In this document: one piece after another, positions 28,300-37,920 of the stretch
Numbering within the stretch: position 1 is the first letter of the stretch
How the letters are laid out: each line of letters starts with the position of its first letter
DNA from: Polyangiaceae bacterium
GTDB lineage: Bacteria > Myxococcota_A > Polyangia > Polyangiales > Polyangiaceae
NCBI GenBank assembly: GCA_965222375.1
Contig: CBDCTZ010000011.1
Location: 192,001-256,000 of the forward strand
Length of the DNA stretch: 64,000 nucleotides
Direction: 5' to 3'
Program-made: the position numbers and the translations under genes
Notes under the pieces: model-generated
What the model was told of the DNA's origin: nothing
The model's input: the letters and a program-made list of their open reading frames with translations, nothing else
The model's database searches: none

Positions 28300-29787
28300 T
28301 CACCGCCGCAACAGCGGCTCAAGGGCAGAGCGGACCTGACGTGCATTGGTGGTGCGGAGGGTCTTCAGTCGGCGCCCGGAGGCGTCGAGGATCCAGACCT
28401 CGGGGAGCGCGACTCTGCCACCCAGGTGCTCCTTGGCTGCCGGCGAATCGTCGTCGACGATCTCCACCCGCCGTACCGCCAAGTTCCCGTGGTGCCCTGC
28501 CATGGAGTGCAGCACCCGGTCGATCTGTTTGCAGGGCTTGCACCAGGTCGCCCAGAAGTCGACCACGGTGATCTTCCCGGAGACTGGCGCGGCCTTCAGG
28601 TCGAAGCTTGCGCCGCCCTTGGCCAAGTCCCGCACGTCCGGCGTGACGCGCGCCCCGTGGTCCTCGTGCGCGTCTCCATGGGCTCCGCGGTCGCCGCCGT
28701 GCGCACCATGGTCGTGCTCGTCGCCATGGTCATGCTCGTCGCCATGGGCTCCATGGTCATGCTCATCGCCATGGTCATGCTCGTCGCCATGGTCGTGGCC
28801 GTCGCCGTGGTCATGGTCGTCTTCCGCGCCGCCGAAGCTGAGACCGAGGCCCGCGGAAAGCGTGAAGGATTCGGAGATTTGGCTGCCCTGCGCGTCCACG
28901 CGCAGCGGCCGCCCGCCCCCGAGTTGAAACGAGAGCACGTCACTGACGCGGTAGCTGGTATTGAGCACCGCGCGGGTGACCGTCGAGCCCGAATTGAGCA
29001 AGCGCCCTTCCGTTTGCTCCGTGACGTGACCGCGCACCTGGTGCTCGACGCCAGCCGAGATGATGAAGCCCTGAGCCGGGATGACGACCAGGTTCGCTCC
29101 GTAGCGAAACACGTTGCCAAACTGCTTGCCCGATTCGGTCTTCTCCAATGGAAAGCGCGCGGAGATGGGCGCCATCAGCGCCACGCTTTTGGAGAGGAAC
29201 TGGGTCAGGGTCAGTTCGCCGACCGCGCTATAAGACGCTAGGCCAATCGACACGACGCTCGGGGGAGCGCCGGAGTCCGCTTCAACCAGCGTGCTCTCCT
29301 TACCCGTGGGGAGGCCGAGCCCCGCGCGCAGCCGCAGGCTGGGGAGATATCCGCCTGCGCCCCAGATCCCGGCAAAGTCATAGGCAGCGCCGACCTCCAA
29401 GTCTCCGAAGCCGCTGAGCCGCTGGGAGTTTTCGTTGCCGCCGGGGTGGAGCCAAATGCTGCCGGTCGGCATGGATAGATCTGCGGACCAACCGTCCTCG
29501 AAGTGGTGTCGCGCGCTGAGCGTCGTGATCAGGATGTCCAAAGACAATCCGTCGGTATCCGTCCGTGTGCTGCCCCGATACGCCTCGCCGAAGTGAGCAT
29601 AGGACGTACCCAGGCCCAACTGCGTGAGGTCCTTGGGCAGCGCCTGCTTGGCGCCCATTTGAAGATCGACGGCTGACCCTCCGACCGGAAGGTTCGGGTT
29701 CACTCAGGCCGTTCACACGGCATAGGCCGGTGACCACTCCGTGAGCACTGCGACGACACTTGCGAAGAGCAGAAAGCGCTTTTTCAT
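28300..29787 (-). CDS. Candidate UxxU selenoprotein: signal peptide, COG4313-like outer-membrane barrel, His-rich linker and thioredoxin domain (495 aa if both UGAs are decoded)
   Basis: ATG 29787 MKKRFLLFASVVAVLTEWSPAYA-V-TGA-T-A-TGA-VNPNLP, in frame with ORF 28300..29703; GFGDL and GLGLPTG barrel motifs; VDFWATWCKPC. Confidence 0.8.
28657..28815 (-). repeat. His-rich (H-D-H-G-D-E)n coding repeat, 17 His
   Basis: Translated HDHGDGHDHGDEHDHGDEHDHGAHGDEHDHGDEHDHGAHGGDRGAHGDAHEDH. Confidence 0.9.
29675..29695 (-). promoter_or_regulatory. Putative bacterial SECIS element
   Basis: mRNA hairpin ACCUUCC-GGUC-GGAGGGU; loop starts after 17 nt from the second UGA and 26 nt from the first. Confidence 0.75.
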
Positions 29788-30014
29788 GAGCTGGGCTGAG
29801 GGAAGCTAACCTCTATGTAGTCGCCTTTGTTCCAAGTGCCCAGGATTTGCCCCTGTCCCGAAGGCAGCGACCCGCGCCGGCCCCCGCCGAACCGTCGATG
29901 ACGCGCTAATCGCCACATCCCCCAAAAACCAGAAGCAGCTCCACGTGGCTCGGAGCCCAACAAAGAGGCCGAGTTTTGGCCTTGGGCGGGCGGATACGTT
30001 ATGCGAAGCGGGCC

Positions 30015-30998
30015 ATGCGAAGTCCGTTCGTGCTTGGGCTCCTGCTCTGTGCCTGCCAAGGCTCGTCGCCGCCGCCACCAGCAGCTGCGTCCACGGAGCA
30101 GCCCGCGGCGACGACTGCCGCAAAGCCCGCACCGCCTCCCCCCGCCGCGAGCAGCGTGGCCCAGGTGGACAAACCCGAGGCTCCTGAAGCTCCTCCGCCG
30201 CCGCCCATCCCCGATGACATGGCGCTGGTTCCAGCGGGCACCACCACGATGGGTGCGGACGACGAGGGCGAGCAAGACGAGCGCCCCGCGCACAAGGTCA
30301 TGCTAGCTGCCTTCTTGTTGGACAAGCTCGAAGTCACCAACGGTGACTACAAAGCCTGCGTGAAGGCAGGCGTGTGCCGCCCCTATCGCCGAGATGTCGC
30401 CAAGGCCATGAAGTACGGCTCCGAGCGGGAGTTCCGAGGAGCCAAACAGCCCGTGGTCGGGATCTCCTGGCACGACGCGAAGAAGTACTGCGAGCACAAA
30501 GGCAAGCGCTTGCCCGGGGAGGCCGAGTGGGAACGCGCGGCGCGGGGTGACGACGGCCGTCGCTATGTGTGGGGCAACGAGAAGCCCGACAAGACCCGCG
30601 GCTGCTATTCCGAGTCTTGCGGTGGCAAGACGGCGGACGTGGGTTCCTTTCCGGCCGGTGCCGGCCCCTTTGGCCACTTGGATCTCGCCGGCAACGTGTG
30701 GGAGTGGGTCGCGGACGAATACGATCCCTACGCCTACAAACGGGAGACGGCCTCCAAAGGTGTTCCTGGAAGCTGTGAAGAAATCCTTGCCGCCCAGGAT
30801 GACCTGCGGCGCAAGAAGCTGCAGGGCTACACCGGAACGAATCCGATCCCTCGCGAGTGCGAGCGGGTGCTTCGTGGCGGCGCGTTCAACTACCGCGCGA
30901 AGGGGTTGCGCGCATCGAACCGTGTGCACCACCCCGGCGGCTGGCGGATCCTCGTCGCGGGCTTTCGTTGCGCGAAAGACTATCCCGTCGCGAAATAG
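30015..30998 (+). CDS. FGE-sulfatase (SUMF1-like) domain lipoprotein
   Basis: LCAC lipobox; EVTN, PVVGISWHDA, RLPGEAEWE, DLAGNVWEW, RGGAF, GFRCA. Confidence 0.9.
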   Translation: MRSPFVLGLLLCACQGSSPPPPAAASTEQPAATTAAKPAPPPPAASSVAQVDKPEAPEAPPPPPIPDDMALVPAGTTTMGADDEGEQDERPAHKVMLAAFLLDKLEVTNGDYKACVKAGVCRPYRRDVAKAMKYGSEREFRGAKQPVVGISWHDAKKYCEHKGKRLPGEAEWERAARGDDGRRYVWGNEKPDKTRGCYSESCGGKTADVGSFPAGAGPFGHLDLAGNVWEWVADEYDPYAYKRETASKGVPGSCEEILAAQDDLRRKKLQGYTGTNPIPRECERVLRGGAFNYRAKGLRASNRVHHPGGWRILVAGFRCAKDYPVAK

Positions 30999-31133
30999 TC
31001 GTTTCGCCGCGGCTGTGAGCGGATTGCGGAAGTTAGTCGATCGACTAACTTCCGCTTCAGTGGTGCGCACCTGGGATGGGAGCCGGCGAGTGGTATCCTT
31101 TTCGGCCCGGGCCGATGGCCCAGAAGGAACGTC

Positions 31134-32861
31134 ATGCGCCGTCACCAAAGCCTTGCCCTGCTCGCCTCCTGTCTCGTCGCCTTGGCGCTCGGGTTCACGG
31201 TTTCGTGCTCCTCCGACGACGAGGTTGCCAACAACAATCCCGGGGTGGGCGGTGCGGCGAGCGGCGGTAGCGCCGGTGCGGCTGGGTCTGGTGCGGGCGG
31301 CAGCGGTGGTGGCACGGGTGGTGCGCCGACGACCTTCTCGGACTTTCCCAAGGACCCGATCGTGGTGGACACAGCGCTGCCTTCGGACTTGCCGACGCAA
31401 TTCTCGGTGCCCGGGGATCCAACCGGTGGGCCTTGCCTGTTCGAGCCGAGTCTAGGCGCGCTGATTCCACGTAACTGGACGCCGCTGTCCTTCGAATGGA
31501 CGCCGGCACCGGATCAGAACGTATTCGAGCTCCGCCTCAGCGTGGCCAATCAGAACAACGATCTCGTGGTGTACACGACGGATACGTCCTACGTCGTGGA
31601 CGCGAGCATCTGGTCCGGCTTGACCAAGAATAGCGCGGGAATGGACATTTTGGTCACCCTGCGCGGCGCGAAGCTCGACGGCACGTCGCTGACCGCGGGG
31701 CCGGCCACAGGCGCAGACGGCATGTTGCACCTGGCGCCTGTCGCCGCACCCGGCTCCGTCGTGTACTGGACCACGGGTGCGCCGGGCTCCGGCAATACTG
31801 CGCTGAAGGGGTTCACCATCGGCGACACCAAAGTCACGACCGTGCTGACGCCGCAGGCCGTCGGTGGCGATACCAACTGCGTGGCCTGTCACGCCTCGGC
31901 GCCGGATGGCAAGTTCACCTTCTACGTGCGGGATGGCAATGGCAGCAAGACCCGCGCGGTGGACATACGCAGTGTGGATGGCAAGGGCTCCGCGCCCCCG
32001 GCGTCGGTAGCCACGCCGACGGCACTGGCCTTGCTTGCCCGCCACAAACAGTCCGCTCCCGCGGTCTCCAAAGCTCACTATTCGCCTACGGACGCCGTGG
32101 CTTTGTCCGTCCTTTTCAATGCCACGCTGACCGCCAACAAGAGCGAACTGGTTTGGACGGATCTGCATACGACGGACGCCAACAGCGGTTGGGGCATCGT
32201 GGCGCGGACCGGGGATTCGGGCCAGGTGGCCTCACCCACTTGGTGGCATGACGGGACGACCATTGCGTACACCTCGGCGCCGGTTGCTTCGGAGGGGGTC
32301 ATCACCCGCGTGACGGATGCCGACCCGCACATGGACATCTACACGGTGCCCTACAACAACAAGCAGGGCGGCAACGCGACGCCGCTTCCTGGCGCGAGCG
32401 AGACCGGATTCTGGGAGTACTATCCGGTGATTTCCCCCGGGGACTCATTCCTTGCCTTCAACCGCTGCGCGCCTCGCAAAGAAGCCAATGGCAATTGGGC
32501 TGACTCCTACAACGAGACTACCGGCGAGGTGTACGTCGTGCCTGCGAAGGGTGGCACCGCAACACGCCTCGAAGCCAACGATCCGCCGGCGTGCAGTGGC
32601 CACGCGAGCCCAGGGCTCACGAACTCCTGGCCGCGCTGGGCGCCGACGGCGGAAGTTCACGATGGCAAGAGTTACTACTGGGTCGTGTTTTCGTCGATCC
32701 GTCGCGCAGACAACAACCCGCAGTTGTTCATCTCTGGTGTGGTTGCGGACGCGACGGGCGCCATCGAGGCGACCTATCCCGCGCTCTACGTTGCCGCACA
32801 GGTGGCCGGGGAGAACAACCACACGCCTGCTTGGGATTTCTTCCAGGTCGTGCCCCGCTGA
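31134..32861 (+). CDS. TolB-like/PD40 beta-propeller lipoprotein
   Basis: Lipobox-like TVSC; CVACH; YYPVISPGD, NSWPRWAP, WVVFSS, NHTPAW. Confidence 0.75.
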   Translation: MRRHQSLALLASCLVALALGFTVSCSSDDEVANNNPGVGGAASGGSAGAAGSGAGGSGGGTGGAPTTFSDFPKDPIVVDTALPSDLPTQFSVPGDPTGGPCLFEPSLGALIPRNWTPLSFEWTPAPDQNVFELRLSVANQNNDLVVYTTDTSYVVDASIWSGLTKNSAGMDILVTLRGAKLDGTSLTAGPATGADGMLHLAPVAAPGSVVYWTTGAPGSGNTALKGFTIGDTKVTTVLTPQAVGGDTNCVACHASAPDGKFTFYVRDGNGSKTRAVDIRSVDGKGSAPPASVATPTALALLARHKQSAPAVSKAHYSPTDAVALSVLFNATLTANKSELVWTDLHTTDANSGWGIVARTGDSGQVASPTWWHDGTTIAYTSAPVASEGVITRVTDADPHMDIYTVPYNNKQGGNATPLPGASETGFWEYYPVISPGDSFLAFNRCAPRKEANGNWADSYNETTGEVYVVPAKGGTATRLEANDPPACSGHASPGLTNSWPRWAPTAEVHDGKSYYWVVFSSIRRADNNPQLFISGVVADATGAIEATYPALYVAAQVAGENNHTPAWDFFQVVPR

Positions 32862-32906
32862 CGCGTCGGCGGCGGAGATGCCGCCTGCTACACTTTCGGT
32901 GCAGTC

Positions 32907-33263
32907 GTGGACGACAAAGACGTCGCAGAGGTTCAAGCTCGCTTAACGGCGCACCGCCGCGTGTACGCCCTGGTGTTATTCGGCTGCGCCGCTTACGTAC
33001 TAGGCGTGCTGCTCGGCCATCCGCGGATCGGTTTCGGCATGCTCGGCTGGCTATTGGTATCCGCCGGAACTGTGGCCATCATGCGCCGCGAGTCCTTGCA
33101 CCTCGAGAGCTGGGCACTGTCCAAGGACCGTCGCTCGAGCCTGGCCGCGCGGCTGGTGGGACCCGTATCCAAGCAGCGTGTGCTATCGAATGTAGCCACC
33201 GGCGTGTGCTTGATCGCGGCCGGTAGTTGGTCGCTGCACGTCGCGATCGTCCAACTGCAGTAG
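32907..33263 (+). CDS. Small membrane protein
   Basis: 118 aa with three hydrophobic segments. Confidence 0.5.
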   Translation: MDDKDVAEVQARLTAHRRVYALVLFGCAAYVLGVLLGHPRIGFGMLGWLLVSAGTVAIMRRESLHLESWALSKDRRSSLAARLVGPVSKQRVLSNVATGVCLIAAGSWSLHVAIVQLQ

Positions 33264-33342
33264 CGCTGCGTGCGGCATTTCTTCGCCGCTGGCGCTGCGT
33301 TGTAATGCGCTGCGTAACTGCTAGAATTCCGTTAGAAAGGGC

Positions 33343-34629
33343 GTGAAGGGTATGCGGGTTGCTTGGTTGTTGGCTTTGGGGGCTGGACTACTTGTCGTCG
33401 GCTGTGGCGGTAGTGACGAAGGCGGGCTGTTTGGTTCGAACCCGGATGGAGGTGCCACGGGTGGCAATTCTGGAACGGGCGCGTCCGGGACGGGTGCGTC
33501 AGCTGGCTCCGGAGCGGCTGCGGGCGCCGGTGGCGGTGCGGCGACGGGCGGCAGCGCGGGTACAGGCGGCGGCGCCGCGACGGGCGGTACGGCAGGCACG
33601 GGTGGCGGTGCGGCGACGGGCGGCGGCGCGGGCACCGGCGGTAGCGCGGGTTCGCCGACGGGCGGCACCGGCGGCGCTCTGGGCAAAGAAGACTGCACCA
33701 ATGGAGGCGATGACAACGGCGACGGAAAGGTCGACTGCGAGGACCCGCAGTGCACAGCGGACTATGTTTGCGCTCCTGCAGTGCCAGCAGGCTGGGAAGG
33801 AGTTGGCTTCGTCGACAAGCAGGCGCAGGTGGCTTGCCCGGTCGGCTTCGACCCCGCGACGCCGTTGTATGAAAAGTCTGGGCTCAAGGTGGATCCGCTG
33901 AGCTGTAGCTGCGCCTGCGGCAGTGCCTCCGGCGGACATTGTCAGGCGAGCCTAGCGTGCAATTCGGGTAACAGTGTGTGCACTGCGAGCTCAACGCCGG
34001 TCAGTTCTTGCACCACCAAGCCGATACCGAATCCAGGCGGTAACAATTCCTGCGACATCCTCGGGGTGAACGTCGTGGGCGGCTCCTGCAGCCCCCAGGT
34101 GAACTCCGTGGCCGCGCCGCCTCAGTGGTCGTCGTCGGCGAGGTTCTGCGCTCCGAAGGCTGGAACGACTTGCGGTGGCGGCTCGCAGAACTGCGTCGAA
34201 CGACTACCTGGTGCCGGCGCGCTGTGCGTATCCCAGGCGGGGGATCAAGCGTGTCCCGCAGGGTCGCCCTTTAGCAAGAAGACTCTGTATTTCGACGGCA
34301 ATGTGGTCGACACGCGCAGCTGCGACGCTAGCGGGTGCTCTTGCGGTGCCGCCTCGGGCGGAAGCTGTGGTTGCTTCTCGAGCACCTGTGGCGTCCGGAT
34401 CTCCAAGTACAACAACTGCTCGAGCCAGGGCACGTTGGCCACGATCCCCCCGAATGGAAACTGCGTTTCCTTCAAGGACGACCAGAGTGGCTCCGTCGAC
34501 GGACAGTGGGGCGTGCGGACCGTTGGGTTGGCGGTTTTCAACCAGGGCACCTGTCCTTCGGGTGGGTCCGCCAAAGCGACCGGCGAGGTCGCGCCCAGCG
34601 GGCCCGTCACCGTGTGTTGCATGCCGTAG
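33343..34629 (+). CDS. Gly-rich/Cys-rich lipoprotein
   Basis: VVGC lipobox; GG(A/T)AG linker; CTNGGDDNGDGKVDCEDPQC; ends TVCC. Confidence 0.8.
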   Translation: MKGMRVAWLLALGAGLLVVGCGGSDEGGLFGSNPDGGATGGNSGTGASGTGASAGSGAAAGAGGGAATGGSAGTGGGAATGGTAGTGGGAATGGGAGTGGSAGSPTGGTGGALGKEDCTNGGDDNGDGKVDCEDPQCTADYVCAPAVPAGWEGVGFVDKQAQVACPVGFDPATPLYEKSGLKVDPLSCSCACGSASGGHCQASLACNSGNSVCTASSTPVSSCTTKPIPNPGGNNSCDILGVNVVGGSCSPQVNSVAAPPQWSSSARFCAPKAGTTCGGGSQNCVERLPGAGALCVSQAGDQACPAGSPFSKKTLYFDGNVVDTRSCDASGCSCGAASGGSCGCFSSTCGVRISKYNNCSSQGTLATIPPNGNCVSFKDDQSGSVDGQWGVRTVGLAVFNQGTCPSGGSAKATGEVAPSGPVTVCCMP

Positions 34630-34635
34630 CCGCGA

Positions 34636-35097
34636 TCAAGGCGCGGCCTTGGGTTGCACCGCGAAGGCGAATCGCTTCAGACCGGCCAAGCGCATCAAGT
34701 CCATCACGTTGACGATTCGGCCATACTGCGCCGCCTTGTCTGCGGCTATCACGACGCGAATGTCCGGCGACTGAGCTGCGCGCTCTTTGGCGTAGTCCGC
34801 TAGTTCTTGGTCGTTGCGCAAGACCTTGCCATCCACGGTCAACGTGCCGTCCTTGGCGACTTGAACCGCCAGGACCATTTCGTTCGGCTGGAAGCTCCCG
34901 CTTTCGGGCAACTCGTGCTCGATCAGTTCGGGCTCGGGCTTTGGGTCGGCTGCCTCTGCCTCGGGTTCCGCGTGTGGCGTGATGACGGTTGGAACCGGTG
35001 CGGCCGCCGCCGGAGGATTGCCGGAGCCACATCCGCAGAGTGCGACGGCTGCGCCGAGGCACAGCAGCTTGATTGGAAAAGTTGAGCCGGACCGCAC
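34636..35097 (-). CDS. ExbD/TolR-family biopolymer transport protein (lipoprotein-type N-terminus)
   Basis: VVIAADKAAQYGRIVNVMDLMRLAGL; LCGC lipobox in place of the usual Asp-containing TM. Confidence 0.8.
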   Translation of the reverse strand: MRSGSTFPIKLLCLGAAVALCGCGSGNPPAAAAPVPTVITPHAEPEAEAADPKPEPELIEHELPESGSFQPNEMVLAVQVAKDGTLTVDGKVLRNDQELADYAKERAAQSPDIRVVIAADKAAQYGRIVNVMDLMRLAGLKRFAFAVQPKAAP

Positions 35098-35364
35098 GTG
35101 CCGAGGTCAGCACGTTCCAGGCTCGCGCACAAACGAGATCACGGGCTTGCAAGCGAGTCGGCTTGATGCGGGTTTCGTCGCAACCTGCGTGCAAGGCGTG
35201 CGCGCCAGTCGTGTCAATCTTGATAGGAGCTTTGCGCACGCCTTGCGCGTCTCGGAGGACCCATGCAGCGATACGTCAGCCCATTGGACCACAGTGCTAT
35301 CGAAGACCCCGCCGCCCAGGCGCCAGATTCGCCTGGACCATGCTCACAGGGTAAGATGAGCGGT

Positions 35365-37839
35365 ATGTCAGCTCGCTTCGCAAAATGGTCTTTGTCCCTA
35401 GGTGCAGTGGTCGTGGTGGCGTACTTTTCGCCAGGTTGCGGTGGTGACGAGGGTGGCAAGACCGTCGGCAATGGCGGCAGTGCGAACGCAAGTGGCAGCG
35501 GAGGCGGTGCTGCAGACGCGAGCATCAACCTCGACGGGAGTGGTGCCGCGGATGGTTCGGCCAGTTGCCCGGGAGGCTGCCCGGAAGGTCAGGTTTGCAT
35601 CAATGGCTTCTGCGTCACGCAGACGTCCTGCACAGATGACGACGATTGCCAGAACGATACCTATTGCGAACCGAGCGCGGGTTGCGTGCCCTGGGGCCAG
35701 CCGCCGACCAAGACCTTCGATCCCCTATGCCAGGTGGGAGGGCCGCCCGGTAACTTCGCTCCAACGGTGAAGTGTGAATTCACGACGCCGCCGGCCGGCG
35801 ACGCATTTCCCAATCATCGCGATGTGCAAGCGACGCCTATGGTCGTGAACTTCAACACCGGCGCCAGTGGCGTGCCCAGCATCGTGGCGCCGTTCACGGC
35901 CACCGTGGTCAGCAGCTACACCGAGGAGCTCGGGGTCATCCGCGTGTTGCGCGGAGACGATTGCACCCTGGAAGCCAACTTGGGTGGCGGCGAAAGCGGG
36001 CACCCTGGGTTCGTCGTGTCTTCTTCACCGGTCGCGGTTGGAGACCTAGATGGTGACGGCTCTGCGGAGGTCGTAGCTCGCGCCGCCGAAGGTCAGATGG
36101 TCGCCTTCACGAAGAAGGCTGGCAGTTGGTCGCGCCTGTGGCTCTCTCCCACGGCGGTGACCACGCCGTGTAACACGTCCAACCACCGCTGCGCCGCAGG
36201 TTGGGCCGGCCCGAGCATTCACGACATCGACGACGATGGCAAAGCCGAGGTCATCCTCGAGGGTGCCGTCATCAGTGGCGCGAATGGGTCCCTGGTCGCT
36301 GCCAACCCTGCGGGCTACGCCAGCTACAGCTCTGGGCTGAACCCCGTGCTGGCTAATCTGGATCAGGATCCGGCCATCGAGCTCACCAATGGCGCTAGCA
36401 TCTGGGAGTGGTCGGGCGGAGCTTGGGTCGCGGAGACCTATTACACGGGCGGAACCGCTGGTTTCGTGGCGGTTGCGGACTTTGGTGCCTACGGCGCGGC
36501 ACTCCCGGCTGACAACCCGGAAATCGCGACCGTCTCCGGCGGCTCGATCACGATCCGCGCGGCGGATGGCACCGTCATTCACGGGCCCATCGCGGTGCCG
36601 GGCGGTGGTGGCGGCGCGCCCACCATCGCCGACTACGACGGTGACGGCCTGCCGGAGCTGGGCGTGGCAGGCCAAGCGTTTCTGACCGTCTACGACATTG
36701 ACTGCGGCGCGAGCCCGCGCCCCAACGGCACCTGCAACAACACCAATGCCTGTGACGACGCTACCGGGACCCCGGGCGCCTGTCCGGCGGGGATCCTGTG
36801 GTCGCGCCGCACCCAAGATAACTCCAGCAACATCACCGGCTCCAGCGTGTTCGATTTCGAGGATGACGGTAAGGCCGAGGTCGTTTACGGCGACGAGTGT
36901 TTCGTGCGGGTCTACGACGGCACCGACGGCACGGTTCTGTTCAGTCAGTTTCGCTCGTCGTGCACTTGGTACGAAAACCCCATCGTCGCCGATACGGACG
37001 GAAACTTCCGTGCGGATCTAGTGACGCCGTCCAATCTGGCCTGCTCCGACGGAGTGAATGGCATCGGTTGCACCATGCTCACGGCCGATGGCGTGGACCA
37101 GCAGTTCCCAGGTGTGCGCTGCAAGGAGAACAAGGACTGTGTGTCCAACGTCTGCGACAACGGGTTGTGCCGCTGCACCGCCACCAGCGAATGTTGCGCG
37201 GCGGGCACGGATGCGGCGTGTTCCGATGAAGGCTTCAAGTGCGTGGCCCCGCCCGCCGGCACCCCCGGCAGCGGCAACACCTGTCGTGCGAGCCACCCCA
37301 AGGGCATTCAGGGCATTCGGGTTTACTCCGACGCCAACGACCGCTGGGTCCGCTCCCGCACGATCTGGAATCAGCACGCCTATCACGTCACTCACGTGAA
37401 CGAAGACGGCACCGTGCCTAAGACCAGCGCGTGGACCAAGAACTGGAAAGACCCAGATCTGAACAACTTCCGCCAGAACGTACCGGGCAATGCCAACGGC
37501 AAAGACAGCGCCGATGTGACCGCTGGCGTCGCGGGCTTCACCTGCGGTGGTGGCGGGGCCCTGCTCAATGCGCCGGTGTGCAACCGGGGCACGGCACCCC
37601 TCGGTTCAGGCGTCCCCGTTGGTTTCTATGACGGCACCACCCTGGTGTGCAGCACCAAGACCTCCAAGGCCCTACAGCCCGGCGAGTGCGAAACCGTGAG
37701 CTGCACCTGGGGCACTCCGCCCACCGCCGCCGCGACGGACATCAAGGTCGTGGCCGACGATGGCGACTCGAACAACGAGTGCAAAGAGGGCAACAACCTC
37801 GGCACGGTGTTCGGCGTCGTGTGTGAACCGCCGAAGTAG
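35365..37839 (+). CDS. FG-GAP repeat lipoprotein with CARDB-like C-terminal domain
   Basis: VGDLDGDG, DIDDDG, DYDGDG, SSVFDFEDDG, WNQHAY; C-terminal VCNRG...ECKEGNN. Confidence 0.85.
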   Translation: MSARFAKWSLSLGAVVVVAYFSPGCGGDEGGKTVGNGGSANASGSGGGAADASINLDGSGAADGSASCPGGCPEGQVCINGFCVTQTSCTDDDDCQNDTYCEPSAGCVPWGQPPTKTFDPLCQVGGPPGNFAPTVKCEFTTPPAGDAFPNHRDVQATPMVVNFNTGASGVPSIVAPFTATVVSSYTEELGVIRVLRGDDCTLEANLGGGESGHPGFVVSSSPVAVGDLDGDGSAEVVARAAEGQMVAFTKKAGSWSRLWLSPTAVTTPCNTSNHRCAAGWAGPSIHDIDDDGKAEVILEGAVISGANGSLVAANPAGYASYSSGLNPVLANLDQDPAIELTNGASIWEWSGGAWVAETYYTGGTAGFVAVADFGAYGAALPADNPEIATVSGGSITIRAADGTVIHGPIAVPGGGGGAPTIADYDGDGLPELGVAGQAFLTVYDIDCGASPRPNGTCNNTNACDDATGTPGACPAGILWSRRTQDNSSNITGSSVFDFEDDGKAEVVYGDECFVRVYDGTDGTVLFSQFRSSCTWYENPIVADTDGNFRADLVTPSNLACSDGVNGIGCTMLTADGVDQQFPGVRCKENKDCVSNVCDNGLCRCTATSECCAAGTDAACSDEGFKCVAPPAGTPGSGNTCRASHPKGIQGIRVYSDANDRWVRSRTIWNQHAYHVTHVNEDGTVPKTSAWTKNWKDPDLNNFRQNVPGNANGKDSADVTAGVAGFTCGGGGALLNAPVCNRGTAPLGSGVPVGFYDGTTLVCSTKTSKALQPGECETVSCTWGTPPTAAATDIKVVADDGDSNNECKEGNNLGTVFGVVCEPPK

Positions 37840-37920
37840 TCTTTGTTGGTTTGGGGTCGGTTCGCGGGGGCAGGGTGGGCCACTACTCTCGTGCGGGGCC
37901 ATGGCTTACGAGTTTACGAA

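Noticed and set aside
29704..29715. Genome-wide UGA reassignment, or simple pseudogenisation, as the explanation for the two TGAs
   Set aside because: TGA ends many intact genes here (e.g. 5296, 17200, 52550). Two nonsense codons at CxxC spacing with an adjacent SECIS-like hairpin and an otherwise intact frame are unlikely by decay, though not formally excluded.
30015..30998. Catalytically active formylglycine-generating enzyme
   Set aside because: The Cys pair after the RGG motif is absent and no sulfatase is adjacent; treated as an FGE-fold protein only.
35185..35210. sigma54 promoter upstream of the exbD-like gene (and TGGCAC before xdhC)
   Set aside because: GG-to-GC spacing is 12 and 11 nt respectively, not the required 10.
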